This document shows, one piece after another, positions 29,236-38,458 of a stretch of 64,000 nt of DNA. The stretch covers positions 136,912-200,911 of the forward strand of contig DOZJ01000006.1 of NCBI GenBank assembly GCA_003518055.1, written 5' to 3'. Origin of the DNA: Candidatus Falkowbacteria bacterium (GTDB taxonomy: Bacteria; Patescibacteriota; Patescibacteriia; UBA11705). The position numbers and the translations under genes were made by a program. Each line of letters starts with the position of its first letter. Position 1 is the stretch's first letter. The notes below the pieces were generated by a model. It had not been told where the DNA came from. It worked only from the letters and a program-made list of their open reading frames with translations, and ran no database searches.

Positions 29236-29640
29236 ATGAAACTGAAAATTTATTCTGATGGCGGTGCTCGAGGTAATCCCGGACCGGCCGGAATCGGCGT
29301 GGTGATTTATAATCAGGACGGCGACGTTGTACATGAAATTAGTAAATATATTGGCGAAACCACCAATAATCAAGCGGAATATCAGGCGATAATTGCCGGG
29401 TTGAAATACGCAAAATCAATCAAAGCGCCTGAGGTTGATTGTTATCTTGATAGTGAATTGGTGGTCAAGCAAGTAAATGGCGAATACAAAGTTAAGGATC
29501 AGAATTTAGCTGAGCATTTTTTAACCATTTGGAATTTGAAAAAGTATTTCAAGACAATTCGATTCAGCCACGTGAGGCGTGAACAAAATAAAGCGGCGGA
29601 TAAACTGGTCAATCAGGCGCTTGATCTTCGGAGCAAGTAA
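29236..29640 (+). CDS. rnhA: Ribonuclease HI (archaeal/RVT_3-type)
   Basis: SDGGARGNPGPAG, TNNQAEY, DSELVVKQ, REQNKAADKL. Confidence 0.9.
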   Translation: MKLKIYSDGGARGNPGPAGIGVVIYNQDGDVVHEISKYIGETTNNQAEYQAIIAGLKYAKSIKAPEVDCYLDSELVVKQVNGEYKVKDQNLAEHFLTIWNLKKYFKTIRFSHVRREQNKAADKLVNQALDLRSK

Positions 29641-29709
29641 ATCATTTGACGGTTGATTTTTTTTGTGTTAATCTTTATTGTTCTTCAGCCCCAAGGAGAG
29701 GAGAGATAA

Positions 29710-30477
29710 ATGACTCGAGAAGAAGCCAAGAGTTTGGTGTTGCGGCGGTTGAAGTTGGCTGATGTATGGGAGCCGTCGACATGGATAATCCTTTCGGGGC
29801 TGGTTCTTGTGGGATCACTCTTTGTTTATGCCACCTATGATGGATCATTTGAAACAAAGGATTTGTCGCTGGTAGTCTTGTTGATTCATCTCGGAGTTTG
29901 GTTGGTTGTAAACGCGTTTTTTTCTGTCCGATGGTTTTGGTTTAGAAAACTGGCAAAAGAGTTTGACGCAAGATACGGGGTTGGTCGATATTTTGAACGA
30001 GAGACATTTAGAGATGAAATTTATGCTCTGGGCGAGTTTGGCTCGGATGGGGAAGTCGATGAAATTATTGCTTTCCGCCTGAATCGTTTTCCTCCAGGAT
30101 TTCACAGTTTTGGTCGGTTTTGTACTACGGTTTATAGTGATCATTATGAGGTGCCGTTGGAGGTGCCGGTTGGGCAGAAAAAGCCGCTGTTTATTGAAGT
30201 GGAGTTTAAATTTAAGAACGGTACGGTTGATGAAATGATGGCAGGAATTGAAGCTGGCCGGAAGCCGTATTCGGTTGATGATCCGGATGATCTGATTCAT
30301 CATGTGATTCAAGCGGCAAGGATTATCCCTGAAGAGTTGGGTGATTTTGAACCAAAAGAATTAGCCGCGGCTGAATTGAGGTTGCAGGATATTGTGCTGC
30401 GGCATCGGGAAAAGTTTGAGCCGCCCGGATTGAAGCTGACCGGAGTCAAGCTAAAAGGAATTTCCAGACAATTTTAA
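29710..30477 (+). CDS. Hypothetical protein with two N-terminal TM helices
   Basis: Promoter TTGACG-17-TAATCT at 29646-29674, SD GAGGAG, terminator at ~30483-30510. Confidence 0.75.
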   Translation: MTREEAKSLVLRRLKLADVWEPSTWIILSGLVLVGSLFVYATYDGSFETKDLSLVVLLIHLGVWLVVNAFFSVRWFWFRKLAKEFDARYGVGRYFERETFRDEIYALGEFGSDGEVDEIIAFRLNRFPPGFHSFGRFCTTVYSDHYEVPLEVPVGQKKPLFIEVEFKFKNGTVDEMMAGIEAGRKPYSVDDPDDLIHHVIQAARIIPEELGDFEPKELAAAELRLQDIVLRHREKFEPPGLKLTGVKLKGISRQF

Positions 30478-30678
30478 CAGATAAAGTTGGTAAAAGCCGA
30501 CTTTTTTGTTTTAAGCGAAAATTTATTTGCATTATTTATTAATGATTGGTTATTGTTTATTTGTGATTGTTTATTGTTTATTTATGATTAAATTCGCTGT
30601 GGTGGATAATTGTTTTAATTTTCAGCCCTTTGTGGTATAATTTTATTGAATAGAATAACTATTTAGCAGTTTTTGCAT

Positions 30679-31767
30679 ATGGGTTTATTTAAAAAAAGCC
30701 AGGATGAGAAAAGTTATCTTGGTGTGGATATCGGCGGCAGCAGTATAAAATTGGTTGAGTTGTCAAAATACAAAAATCGTCCGCGGTTGTTGACATATGG
30801 TTATCTTGAGCGATCGACCAAGTCAGCGGATGAAAGTTTGCTTGAGAATCCGACAGCGATGGCTGAGGCGATAAAAAAAGTGGCTGATCAGGCCAAAGTT
30901 CAAACCAAGGATGCGATAACTGCGCTGCCGGCGTCTTCGGTTTTTAGTACGATTTTGAATCTTAACGGCTTGACGCCCAAGGATGTCGCGTCGGTTAAAA
31001 AAGTCACTGAGGCGATTGAAAAAGAAGCCACCAAGGTTTTGCCCATGCCGGTTGATGAGATGGTGTTGGATTGGAAGATTGTCAAGCAAAACGGCGAGGG
31101 CGATAACGGAAACAGTGTTCAGGTTTTGTTGAACGCGGCTTCAAAGAGTTTGGTCAAAAAATTCATTGAAATTTTCAAGAAGGCGGGTTTCAATCTTTTG
31201 AGTTTGGAAACAGAATCGTTTGCCATGTCCAGAGCGCTGGTTGGTAAGGATAAGTCAACGGTGATTGTGATTGATATTGGCGCGTCCAATACTGATATTT
31301 CGATTGTTGATAATATGATTCCTCATATGAGCCGGTCGGTTGATGTCGGCGGTTATACCATTACCAAAGCATTGGCTGAATCCATGGGGATCTCAATTGA
31401 TCAAGCAGAACAATTTAAACGAGATTTGGAGCATTATGTCGGGGAATTGCCTGAAGGCAGAAAGATTCCTGAGGTGATTGAGAAAATCATGGAGCCGATT
31501 GTTAATGAAATCCGTTATTTGTTGGATTTTTTCGGCAAGCAGCCGGGTAATGAGGGTAAAAATGTTGATCGCTTGATTTTGTCCGGCGGAACCGCTAAGA
31601 TATTTAACCTACCGGATTATTTTACTGAAATGTTTAACATCAGAACTTTTTTGGGTAGTCCGTGGGCGAGAATTATATATCCGGATGATTTGAAGCCGGC
31701 GCTTGATCAGGTTGGATCACGGTTGACGGTGGCGGTTGGCTTGGCTTTGAGGGAGCTCGATAAGTAA
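30679..31767 (+). CDS. pilM: Type IV pilus assembly protein PilM
   Basis: LGVDIGGSSIKLVEL, IDIGASNT, LSGGTA, AVGLALR. Confidence 0.93.
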   Translation: MGLFKKSQDEKSYLGVDIGGSSIKLVELSKYKNRPRLLTYGYLERSTKSADESLLENPTAMAEAIKKVADQAKVQTKDAITALPASSVFSTILNLNGLTPKDVASVKKVTEAIEKEATKVLPMPVDEMVLDWKIVKQNGEGDNGNSVQVLLNAASKSLVKKFIEIFKKAGFNLLSLETESFAMSRALVGKDKSTVIVIDIGASNTDISIVDNMIPHMSRSVDVGGYTITKALAESMGISIDQAEQFKRDLEHYVGELPEGRKIPEVIEKIMEPIVNEIRYLLDFFGKQPGNEGKNVDRLILSGGTAKIFNLPDYFTEMFNIRTFLGSPWARIIYPDDLKPALDQVGSRLTVAVGLALRELDK

Positions 31768-31824
31768 GTGCTAATATAACGTTCGAATTATACATTTCCA
31801 TTTCTAAGCGCAACATTAGTAACT

Positions 31825-32292
31825 ATGAAAAAAAGAAACGGATTTACGCTTATAGAGATTTTAGTGGTGGCCGCGGTTTTGGCGATTTTGTTTTTGATTG
31901 GTTTGATGTCATTGAATGGGATCAAGGAAAAGGGCCGCGATGCCAAGAGAATTAATGATTTGATCAATTTACAGCAGGCAATGGAAATTATTTTTGAGCA
32001 ATCGGGGAATTATCAGATGGCCTGCGGTGGCGGAAATTACGTTGGCGCGGTTAGCGGGTGCAAGGGCGATGGTGATGAGTTTTTACTGGACGAATATTTA
32101 AACGCGATTGACGCCATTAGTGATCCCTTGGAGCGAGTTACTGCCTGCGATGCCGGTTGTTCAAGCGGGCAATGCAATTATGCTTTTCAGGTAATCGAAA
32201 ATAATACTTTTGCCGTGACTTTTTGGCTTGAACGCAATGTAGGTGAATTTGGGCCGGGCTGTCATGTGTTGACTGAAAGGGGCATAAAATAG
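31825..32292 (+). CDS. Type IV pilin / pseudopilin
   Basis: Class III signal G|FTLIEILVV, RDAKRINDL, C-terminal Cys pairs. Confidence 0.9.
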   Translation: MKKRNGFTLIEILVVAAVLAILFLIGLMSLNGIKEKGRDAKRINDLINLQQAMEIIFEQSGNYQMACGGGNYVGAVSGCKGDGDEFLLDEYLNAIDAISDPLERVTACDAGCSSGQCNYAFQVIENNTFAVTFWLERNVGEFGPGCHVLTERGIK

Positions 32293-32294
32293 TT

Positions 32295-32747
32295 ATGAAA
32301 ACGCAAAAGGGATATTCGATAATTGATATATTGATAACCATTGCTCTGGTGGTGTTGGTAGTTTTAATAATTTTGGTAATGTTTTATTTTGTCAGCAAGG
32401 ATTCTCGAGATGTTAAACGAATCAGTGACATGGATGCAATTCGAAGCGCGATGGCCAGAGTGAAGGTTCAAACTGGGACGTTTATAGACTCTGGCTGTGG
32501 TGTCGGGGCGGTCAGCGAGTGCCAATCCGGTTTGTTGTCAAGAGTTTTACCGACAGTGGCCAAGATGAGTGACCCGAAAGGAAGAGTCTTGTGTACTCAG
32601 AATTGCACTGAGGCCTGCGAATATTCTTTTGTTACGGCTCCGACAGAGGCTGAATTTTCAGTTTTATTTTATTTGGAAACCGGAGCTGGTAATTACAGCC
32701 AAAAAGGGTGTTACGTTTTGACTCAGGATGGGATTAAGCTACGCTAA
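32295..32747 (+). CDS. Type IV pilin-like protein (Asp at +5)
   Basis: G|YSIIDILI, RDVKRISD, Cys pattern shared with the upstream pilin. Confidence 0.82.
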   Translation: MKTQKGYSIIDILITIALVVLVVLIILVMFYFVSKDSRDVKRISDMDAIRSAMARVKVQTGTFIDSGCGVGAVSECQSGLLSRVLPTVAKMSDPKGRVLCTQNCTEACEYSFVTAPTEAEFSVLFYLETGAGNYSQKGCYVLTQDGIKLR

Positions 32748-32751
32748 TATT

Positions 32752-34023
32752 ATGTCGACACGAAGAGAATTTATTTTTTTTATCACAGCCATTTTGGTGC
32801 TGATTTTTGCGTTATTTCAAGCCAGTGAAGCGGGCGCGGCGGTTTTGGATGTCAAGGTTTTATATTTGGATCAAAGTACGGTGGCTCGGGGATATACGGT
32901 CAAAAGCGCGGATGAGAATTTTTGGCTGCCGGTATTGCCGAGTTTGTATTCTGAACCGGTGACAGTGAAAATCGAGACATTATCGATAGGCACTCCAATC
33001 CCTGATGATAGACAAGGTGTCAGTCAATCATATATTTATGACATAAAGAAATCCGAGCCCGGAGTTTTTGATAAATCGGTTATTGTGGCCGTCAAAATGA
33101 CTCAGCCGTCGGAGACGGCGGTCGTGTGTTTTTATGACCGATCGCAGCAGCGTTGGCGTGAGTTACCGACGACGATCGATTCTGTGCGTGGTTTAGCTAT
33201 TGCCAAAACCGTGTTTCCTTACGCTGAAGTGATGGTGATGACTGAGGGGCAGGAACAAGCACCAGTGCCGGTGATTTTATCTTTGGAAGAACAGTTGACG
33301 GCGCAATCGGCGATTGTGATTGATCAAGATGGTAATGTTTTATTTGAAAAAAATGCCGATGAGGTTCGGCCGATAGCCAGTTTAACGAAATTGGTGACAG
33401 CGGCAGTCTTTCTGGATTATAATCCGGGTTGGGATAAACAGGTGACGATTGTGGCGGCCGATAATGTCGGCGGCGCGAGTGTGCCGTTTGAACCCGGTGA
33501 TGTGGTTTCGGCCAAAGATTTGTTCTACGCCACCCTGGTTGGCTCAAAAAATAACGCGGCTAGAGCTTTGATGCGGGCGTCCGGGTTGAGTGAAGTCGAA
33601 TTTATCTCCGCCATGAATCAAAAAGTAAAAAGCTGGGGATTGATAAATACGAAGTTTGTGGAGCCGACTGGATTGAGCGAATTGAATGTGTCAACGGCGA
33701 GAGAAATGATGGAAATTTCCAGAAAAACATTGAGTCAATACGAATATTTACAGGCTTCAACCACGTTGTGGTATGAAATAAAATATACCCGCGGCGCGGA
33801 GGCGAAAACTTTTTGGTGCCGCAATACCAATCAGAAATTACTTGAACGCGATTTGTATGTGACCGGCGGTAAAACCGGATTTACTTATGAGGCGGGATAT
33901 AATTTGGTTACCAAGGCGCGATTGACAAAAGACTCCAATCGAGAATTGATCGCATTGGTTTTGGGCGCTAAAATCAGTATGAATTACGAAGAAGTTTATT
34001 TGCTGCTTAAAAAGTTTTTATAA
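32752..34023 (+). CDS. D-Ala-D-Ala carboxy/endopeptidase, peptidase S11 (PbpG-like) with N-terminal extra domain
   Basis: SxxK (SLTK), SxN (SKN), KTG; signal peptide. Confidence 0.9.
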   Translation: MSTRREFIFFITAILVLIFALFQASEAGAAVLDVKVLYLDQSTVARGYTVKSADENFWLPVLPSLYSEPVTVKIETLSIGTPIPDDRQGVSQSYIYDIKKSEPGVFDKSVIVAVKMTQPSETAVVCFYDRSQQRWRELPTTIDSVRGLAIAKTVFPYAEVMVMTEGQEQAPVPVILSLEEQLTAQSAIVIDQDGNVLFEKNADEVRPIASLTKLVTAAVFLDYNPGWDKQVTIVAADNVGGASVPFEPGDVVSAKDLFYATLVGSKNNAARALMRASGLSEVEFISAMNQKVKSWGLINTKFVEPTGLSELNVSTAREMMEISRKTLSQYEYLQASTTLWYEIKYTRGAEAKTFWCRNTNQKLLERDLYVTGGKTGFTYEAGYNLVTKARLTKDSNRELIALVLGAKISMNYEEVYLLLKKFL

Positions 34024-34027
34024 TTAT

Positions 34028-34738
34028 ATGCATAGTGAAGGTAATGGAATGCAACCAATCAAAGAAGAATCTCCGATCCAAGTGCAGGCTGAGGTTAAGC
34101 CGGAGAAAAAGAAAATTGACGGATCGGTCAGGGTTAATATAACGGCTATAGCCGCTTTGGTGGTGGCTTTGGCGAGTCTATTTTATTTTGTTTATTTGAA
34201 TTCAAATCAAAAGGTTCAGATCGCGGAATTGGATTTACGTTTGAGTAAGGTTGAGAATACAGTCAAGGATGTTCGGGCGGATACGCAGGAGCTTCAGGAG
34301 AGTACGGAGACAACGGCCATCAGCGCTGACGGGCTGGTAGTGAAGTCATTTGTCAGTACCAAGGGCGGATATCAATTTAATTATCCGGAAGCTTGGAAGA
34401 TTGAGACTTTTGAGTTGAATGAGGTGGTTCAAAATGTTTATTTCGGCCCGGGCGCGACCGTTGAGAAAGGTCTTGGCCAGGTGAAAATGATAAAGTACGA
34501 CAAAAGCGTAGATGCTTATTTGGCTGAAAATGAATCTGAAGTTGAGTTTGAAAATACCACCAGAGGCGTGATCAATGGGGTCAGTGTGACCAAGGCTGAT
34601 TTTAAGTCCGGTAAGGTGAATGGATTCGCGGCTTTTTTTATCAAAAATGGGACGATATATTCTCTCCAGCTCAATAGCATTGACCCGAAAGATAAAGTTT
34701 TGTTTGATGTGCTGGTCAAGAGTTTTGAAATCAAATGA
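34028..34738 (+). CDS. Membrane-anchored protein with coiled coil and PsbP-like C-terminal domain
   Basis: TM helix; GYQFNYPEAW; C-terminal FDVLVKSF. Confidence 0.7.
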   Translation: MHSEGNGMQPIKEESPIQVQAEVKPEKKKIDGSVRVNITAIAALVVALASLFYFVYLNSNQKVQIAELDLRLSKVENTVKDVRADTQELQESTETTAISADGLVVKSFVSTKGGYQFNYPEAWKIETFELNEVVQNVYFGPGATVEKGLGQVKMIKYDKSVDAYLAENESEVEFENTTRGVINGVSVTKADFKSGKVNGFAAFFIKNGTIYSLQLNSIDPKDKVLFDVLVKSFEIK

Positions 34739-34806
34739 TCGGAGTCGTGTTTGAACTGAAATTTATCACTCGTCGTTGACTCGCGGCGGGTTTTTTGTTA
34801 TTATAA

Positions 34807-34914
34807 GAGCGTTTAGCGTTTAGGGTATAGGGTATAGTGATTAGATACTTACGCTATATTCATTATATATACAGTTATCTTATTATAAGCGCTAACCGCT
34901 ATACGCTAAACGCT
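34807..34914. repeat. Inverted pair of heptamer arrays (TAGCGTT / AACGCTA)
   Basis: gagcgtt tagcgtt tagggta tagggta ... cgctaac cgctata cgctaaa cgct. Confidence 0.75.
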
Positions 34915-34919
34915 TTTTT

Positions 34920-36005
34920 ATGATATTCAAACTCAAGAAAAATATTACGGTGGCTGTGGGTATGAGCGGCGGTGTAGATTCGTCAGTCGCGGCGGCACTA
35001 TTGAAAAAACAAGGCTATAATGTCATTGGCGTATATTTTATTACTTCAGCCCAGACTACCAGCGGCAAAATTAGGGATAACATCTGCTGCTCGCTCGAAT
35101 CGATGATGGATGCGCGTAAAGTCGCTCAGCAGCTTGGGTGTAAATTTTATACTATTAATTTGCGGACCGTTTTTAAACAAAAAGTTTTTGATGATTTTAT
35201 TCATGAATATGAATCCGGTCGAACGCCCAATCCGTGTATTCATTGCAATAAATTCGTAAAATTTGGCGAGGCGTTGCAGAAGGTAAAGGCGATTGGGGCT
35301 GATTATTTGGCGACCGGCCATTATGCTCGGGTCAAAAAGTCGCGGGATGGAAAGTTTCATCTATACGAGGGCAAGGATAAAAAAAAGGATCAAACATATT
35401 TTTTGCATTCATTAACGCAAGAGCAGTTGGCGCATGTCATTTTCCCCTTGGCCAAACTGATCAAACCGCAAGTTAGAAAATTGGCGGCCAAGTTTAAGTT
35501 GCCGACGGCCAGTAAAGTTGAATCACAGGAAATTTGTTTTATTCCTGACGGTGATGTGGCCAAATTTTTACGCGAGTATATTGAATTCAAGCCGGGGGAT
35601 ATCATTGATGTTGAAACAAAAAATAAAATCGGCCGACACGATGGGCTGCAGCAGTATACGGTTGGGCAGAGAAAAGGTATCGGTCTGCCCGGTGGCCCGT
35701 GGTATGTCGCGAAATTGGATATAAAAAATAGTATCTTGTGGGTGACAACCGATCTCAATGTGATAAATAAAAGTTTCATGCGGCTCAAAGATATTCATTG
35801 GATTACCGGTGAACCGAAATTACCAACCAGAGTTACGGTAAAAATACGTTACAATTCAGAGCCAGTGGCCGTAAAAGTAAACCCAAAACAAAACGGTTTT
35901 TATCTTGTAGAATTCAAAAAACCGCAAAAAGCTATTGCCCCGGGTCAATCGGCCGTATTTATGAAAAAAAATGAGTGTCTGGGTGGAGGGATAATCGATG
36001 AATAG
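34920..36005 (+). CDS. mnmA: tRNA 2-thiouridylase MnmA
   Basis: GMSGGVDSS, TPNPCIHCN, ATGHYA, KDQTYFL, TVGQRKG, PGQSAV. Confidence 0.96.
   Translation: MIFKLKKNITVAVGMSGGVDSSVAAALLKKQGYNVIGVYFITSAQTTSGKIRDNICCSLESMMDARKVAQQLGCKFYTINLRTVFKQKVFDDFIHEYESGRTPNPCIHCNKFVKFGEALQKVKAIGADYLATGHYARVKKSRDGKFHLYEGKDKKKDQTYFLHSLTQEQLAHVIFPLAKLIKPQVRKLAAKFKLPTASKVESQEICFIPDGDVAKFLREYIEFKPGDIIDVETKNKIGRHDGLQQYTVGQRKGIGLPGGPWYVAKLDIKNSILWVTTDLNVINKSFMRLKDIHWITGEPKLPTRVTVKIRYNSEPVAVKVNPKQNGFYLVEFKKPQKAIAPGQSAVFMKKNECLGGGIIDE
35882..36004 (+). repeat. Direct repeat A, copy 1 (3' end of mnmA)
   Basis: Near-identical to 36573-36694. Confidence 0.92.
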
Positions 36006-36089
36006 TATAGGCTGGTTTAATTTGCCAGTTGACAAATTATCGGTATATAGTATGTTGATGAGTTCATTTACAAGCCAAGGAGGGGCTCC

Positions 36090-36269
36090 ATGATTCAAAA
36101 ATTAGTTGCCATTTTAACGGTTCTGACTTTGTGGCTCGTGTATTTTCTTGTTTATTTACCAACGACAAAAGATTCAATCTACGTGGAAGCTTATGTGGGA
36201 ATTCTGGTTTTTACTGCTACTTATTGTGGGGTGAAGATCATTAGAATTAAGAATAAAGACAATAAATGA
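36090..36269 (+). CDS. 59-aa two-TM microprotein
   Basis: Manual translation MIQKLVAILTVLTLWLVY...ATYCGVKIIRIKNKDNK; SD AAGGAGG; promoter at 36029-36056. Confidence 0.72.
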   Translation: MIQKLVAILTVLTLWLVYFLVYLPTTKDSIYVEAYVGILVFTATYCGVKIIRIKNKDNK

Positions 36270-36314
36270 TACTTGTTTTTTCTGTCTCTCAACTACAGCC
36301 CAAAGGAGTACCGC

Positions 36315-36509
36315 ATGATCAGAATTCGCACCATTATAATTATTCTAGTTGTTTGCTGGTTGATCTTTGGCGTTATTTGGCGATTTATTGCCAGCTCGTT
36401 TATTTGGGGGTTTATGTTCGTTTTGATGTTGTTTGCCACGGCTTGCGGGGTGATTGCGATTAGACAAAAAATCAGGGGAAATAAAAACCGCGATTTACGG
36501 TTATTATGA
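36315..36509 (+). CDS. 64-aa two-TM microprotein, paralogue of 36090..36269
   Basis: SD AAGGAG; ATACGVIAIRQKIRGNK. Confidence 0.72.
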   Translation: MIRIRTIIIILVVCWLIFGVIWRFIASSFIWGFMFVLMLFATACGVIAIRQKIRGNKNRDLRLL

Positions 36510-36572
36510 GAACGAAGAAAATCGTTCTTTTTTGTTTGAACTTTGAATGTGGTGGTGGTATGATTTTGTATC

Positions 36573-36694
36573 CCCAAAGGAAAACGGTTTTTATCTCGTA
36601 GAATTCAAAAAATCGCAAAAAGCTATTGCCCCGGGTCAATCGGCCGTATTTATGAAAAAAACGAGTGTCTGGATGGAGGTATTATAAATGAATA
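36573..36694 (+). pseudogene. Duplicated mnmA 3' fragment (direct repeat A, copy 2)
   Basis: Would encode PKENGFYLVEFKKSQKAIAPGQSAVFMKKNECLDGGIINE; no start. Confidence 0.9.
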
Positions 36695-36804
36695 ATTAAT
36701 CTGATGTTATCTTGATGTTTTTGGTATTTTAATTAACCCTTGACAATCATATACAATCTGGTAATATATGTAATCTTGTCCCCAGCAAGCAAAAGGAGGG
36801 GCCG

Positions 36805-37086
36805 ATGTCAGGATGTCAGTGTCATTGTGCTACGGTTGAAGTTCAGACCAGAATTCATTTTTTCTTTAAGGAAGATGAGGTCACGATCAATTTTCAACCT
36901 AGAAAGGCTGACCCTGTGGTTGAGGATCGCAATCTTGATCGGGCGTGGTCTATGGCGCCGGAATATGTTAAAGCGGTTGTTTTTTATGATCTGGTAGTGG
37001 CGACGACTCAAGAATTGAACGAAGCATGTCATAAGGTTGTCTGTACCAGCCAGCCGATTCGAGTGTCGCAGGCCTTTACTCGGTGA
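36805..37086 (+). CDS. Hypothetical 93-aa protein
   Basis: SD AAGGAGG, promoter TTGACA-16-TAATAT at 36740-36767, terminator at 37094-37116. Confidence 0.65.
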   Translation: MSGCQCHCATVEVQTRIHFFFKEDEVTINFQPRKADPVVEDRNLDRAWSMAPEYVKAVVFYDLVVATTQELNEACHKVVCTSQPIRVSQAFTR

Positions 37087-37177
37087 TGATTTCAGAACGA
37101 TAAGATCGTTCTTTTTGTTTGACATTGATAAGTGGTCGTGGTATGGTTGTCTGTTCCCAAAGGAAGGGGGAAAAACG

Positions 37178-38218
37178 ATGACAACGAATATTGCGAGCGG
37201 ACTGAAGGGCGTTATTGATAATTTTAATGAAAAACCGTTTTTAATTGTGGTTACACAAGTTGATCCTGATGCTTTGGGTTCTGCTTGTGGTTTGGCTGAA
37301 ATTATTCGGATTCTTGGCGGTAAAGTGGAATTGGTTTATTGCGGATATGTTGCTCATCCGCAGAATCGAGCCATCTTCAATCGATATAATTTGGAAACGG
37401 TTTTTAAGTCAATTGCGGATTTTACGACCTTTGACGGCTATAATGTTTGTTTGGTTGATTCGAGTACAATCGGAGACGTGAGGCTGGGACCGTTTAAGCG
37501 GACGTTCAAACCGGTAATCGTAATCGATCATCATCGTGGTCATGATTTTGAGTGTCCGGAGGTTCCATATTGTTTGATTGAAGAGGTCGGAGCTTGCGCC
37601 ACGTTAATCGTGGAAATCATCAATGAATTGAACTTGGTTTTTGATGAGAGCAAGAAATATTTGAGTTACCTGTTGGCATTGGGAATTTATACTGATACCA
37701 AGAGCTTGATTAGCGCAGGGGAGAGAGATCGTACGGCTTTTGGCGAAATTACCAAGAATATTTCTGAAACTGAACTTTCAAAGATGATTGAGTATCCTCT
37801 GCCCGATACATATTATCGGAATATGAAGCATGCGCTTCAGAGAATGGAGCAGCGGGGATCTCGGGTGTTGACCAACATCGGTTATATTAAGCCGGATGAA
37901 GGTGATGATCTTTCAACAATTGCTGATTTGTTAATTCGCCATGACGGTGTCAGTTTGGTTGTGGTTTGGGGTGTGATTGGCGATAAGGTGAGAATCAGTT
38001 CTCGCAATCGGGACATTTCTGTTTCTTTACTGACTTTTATGAAAGAGCGGTTTGGTGAACGTTCAGGTGCCAAGTTGACGCCTGATGGCCGAGGCGAGGG
38101 AGGGGCGATTCTTGATTTGAATTTCTATACTTTCTGGTTGTGTGACACCAATAGGAGCGTAGTTGCTGATGCCGTTAATTTGAAGCTGCAATCGCTAGTA
38201 TTCCCGACAGAAGAATAG
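37178..38218 (+). CDS. DHH-family phosphoesterase (NrnA/GdpP-like DHH-DHHA1)
   Basis: DPDALGS, LVD, IDHH, GIYTDT; promoter TTGACA-17-TATGGT at 37119-37147. Confidence 0.9.
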   Translation: MTTNIASGLKGVIDNFNEKPFLIVVTQVDPDALGSACGLAEIIRILGGKVELVYCGYVAHPQNRAIFNRYNLETVFKSIADFTTFDGYNVCLVDSSTIGDVRLGPFKRTFKPVIVIDHHRGHDFECPEVPYCLIEEVGACATLIVEIINELNLVFDESKKYLSYLLALGIYTDTKSLISAGERDRTAFGEITKNISETELSKMIEYPLPDTYYRNMKHALQRMEQRGSRVLTNIGYIKPDEGDDLSTIADLLIRHDGVSLVVVWGVIGDKVRISSRNRDISVSLLTFMKERFGERSGAKLTPDGRGEGGAILDLNFYTFWLCDTNRSVVADAVNLKLQSLVFPTEE

Positions 38219-38305
38219 ATAAGACGTAATTAAGAGCTAAAAATGCTCTTTTTTCATTTGCAAAACTTAGTAGAATAAGATAGAATGTTTGTATTAACTA
38301 CAACT

Positions 38306-38450
38306 TGTCACATTGAGTTTGCCGAAGGGTACGACATGCTTCCCGCCTACGTTACACCCTATGCTAAAGCTTCGGGTGTCAAGAAAACTCCGGCGGGCAG
38401 GCGAGAGCCTTCCACCTTCACTCAAGTTTCGGTGGACAAGCAGTATGACA
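38306..38450 (+). repeat. REP-like inverted repeat carrying three 30-nt CARG hairpin insertions (one nested)
   Basis: tgtcacattgag..cgaagggt...atgctt[38342-38401 containing 38354-38383]cgagagcct[38411-38440]cagtatgaca. Confidence 0.82.
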
Positions 38451-38458
38451 AAAAGAAT

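Noticed and set aside
35882-36694. Prophage/ICE attL-attR reading of the mnmA repeat
   Set aside because: Only ~570 bp enclosed, no integrase, and a second interleaved repeat (block B) fits a tandem slot duplication better
38285-38458. 58-aa N-terminal extension of AlaRS in the ORF track
   Set aside because: It is translated repeat sequence; AlaRS homology starts at MTTHELR (38459)
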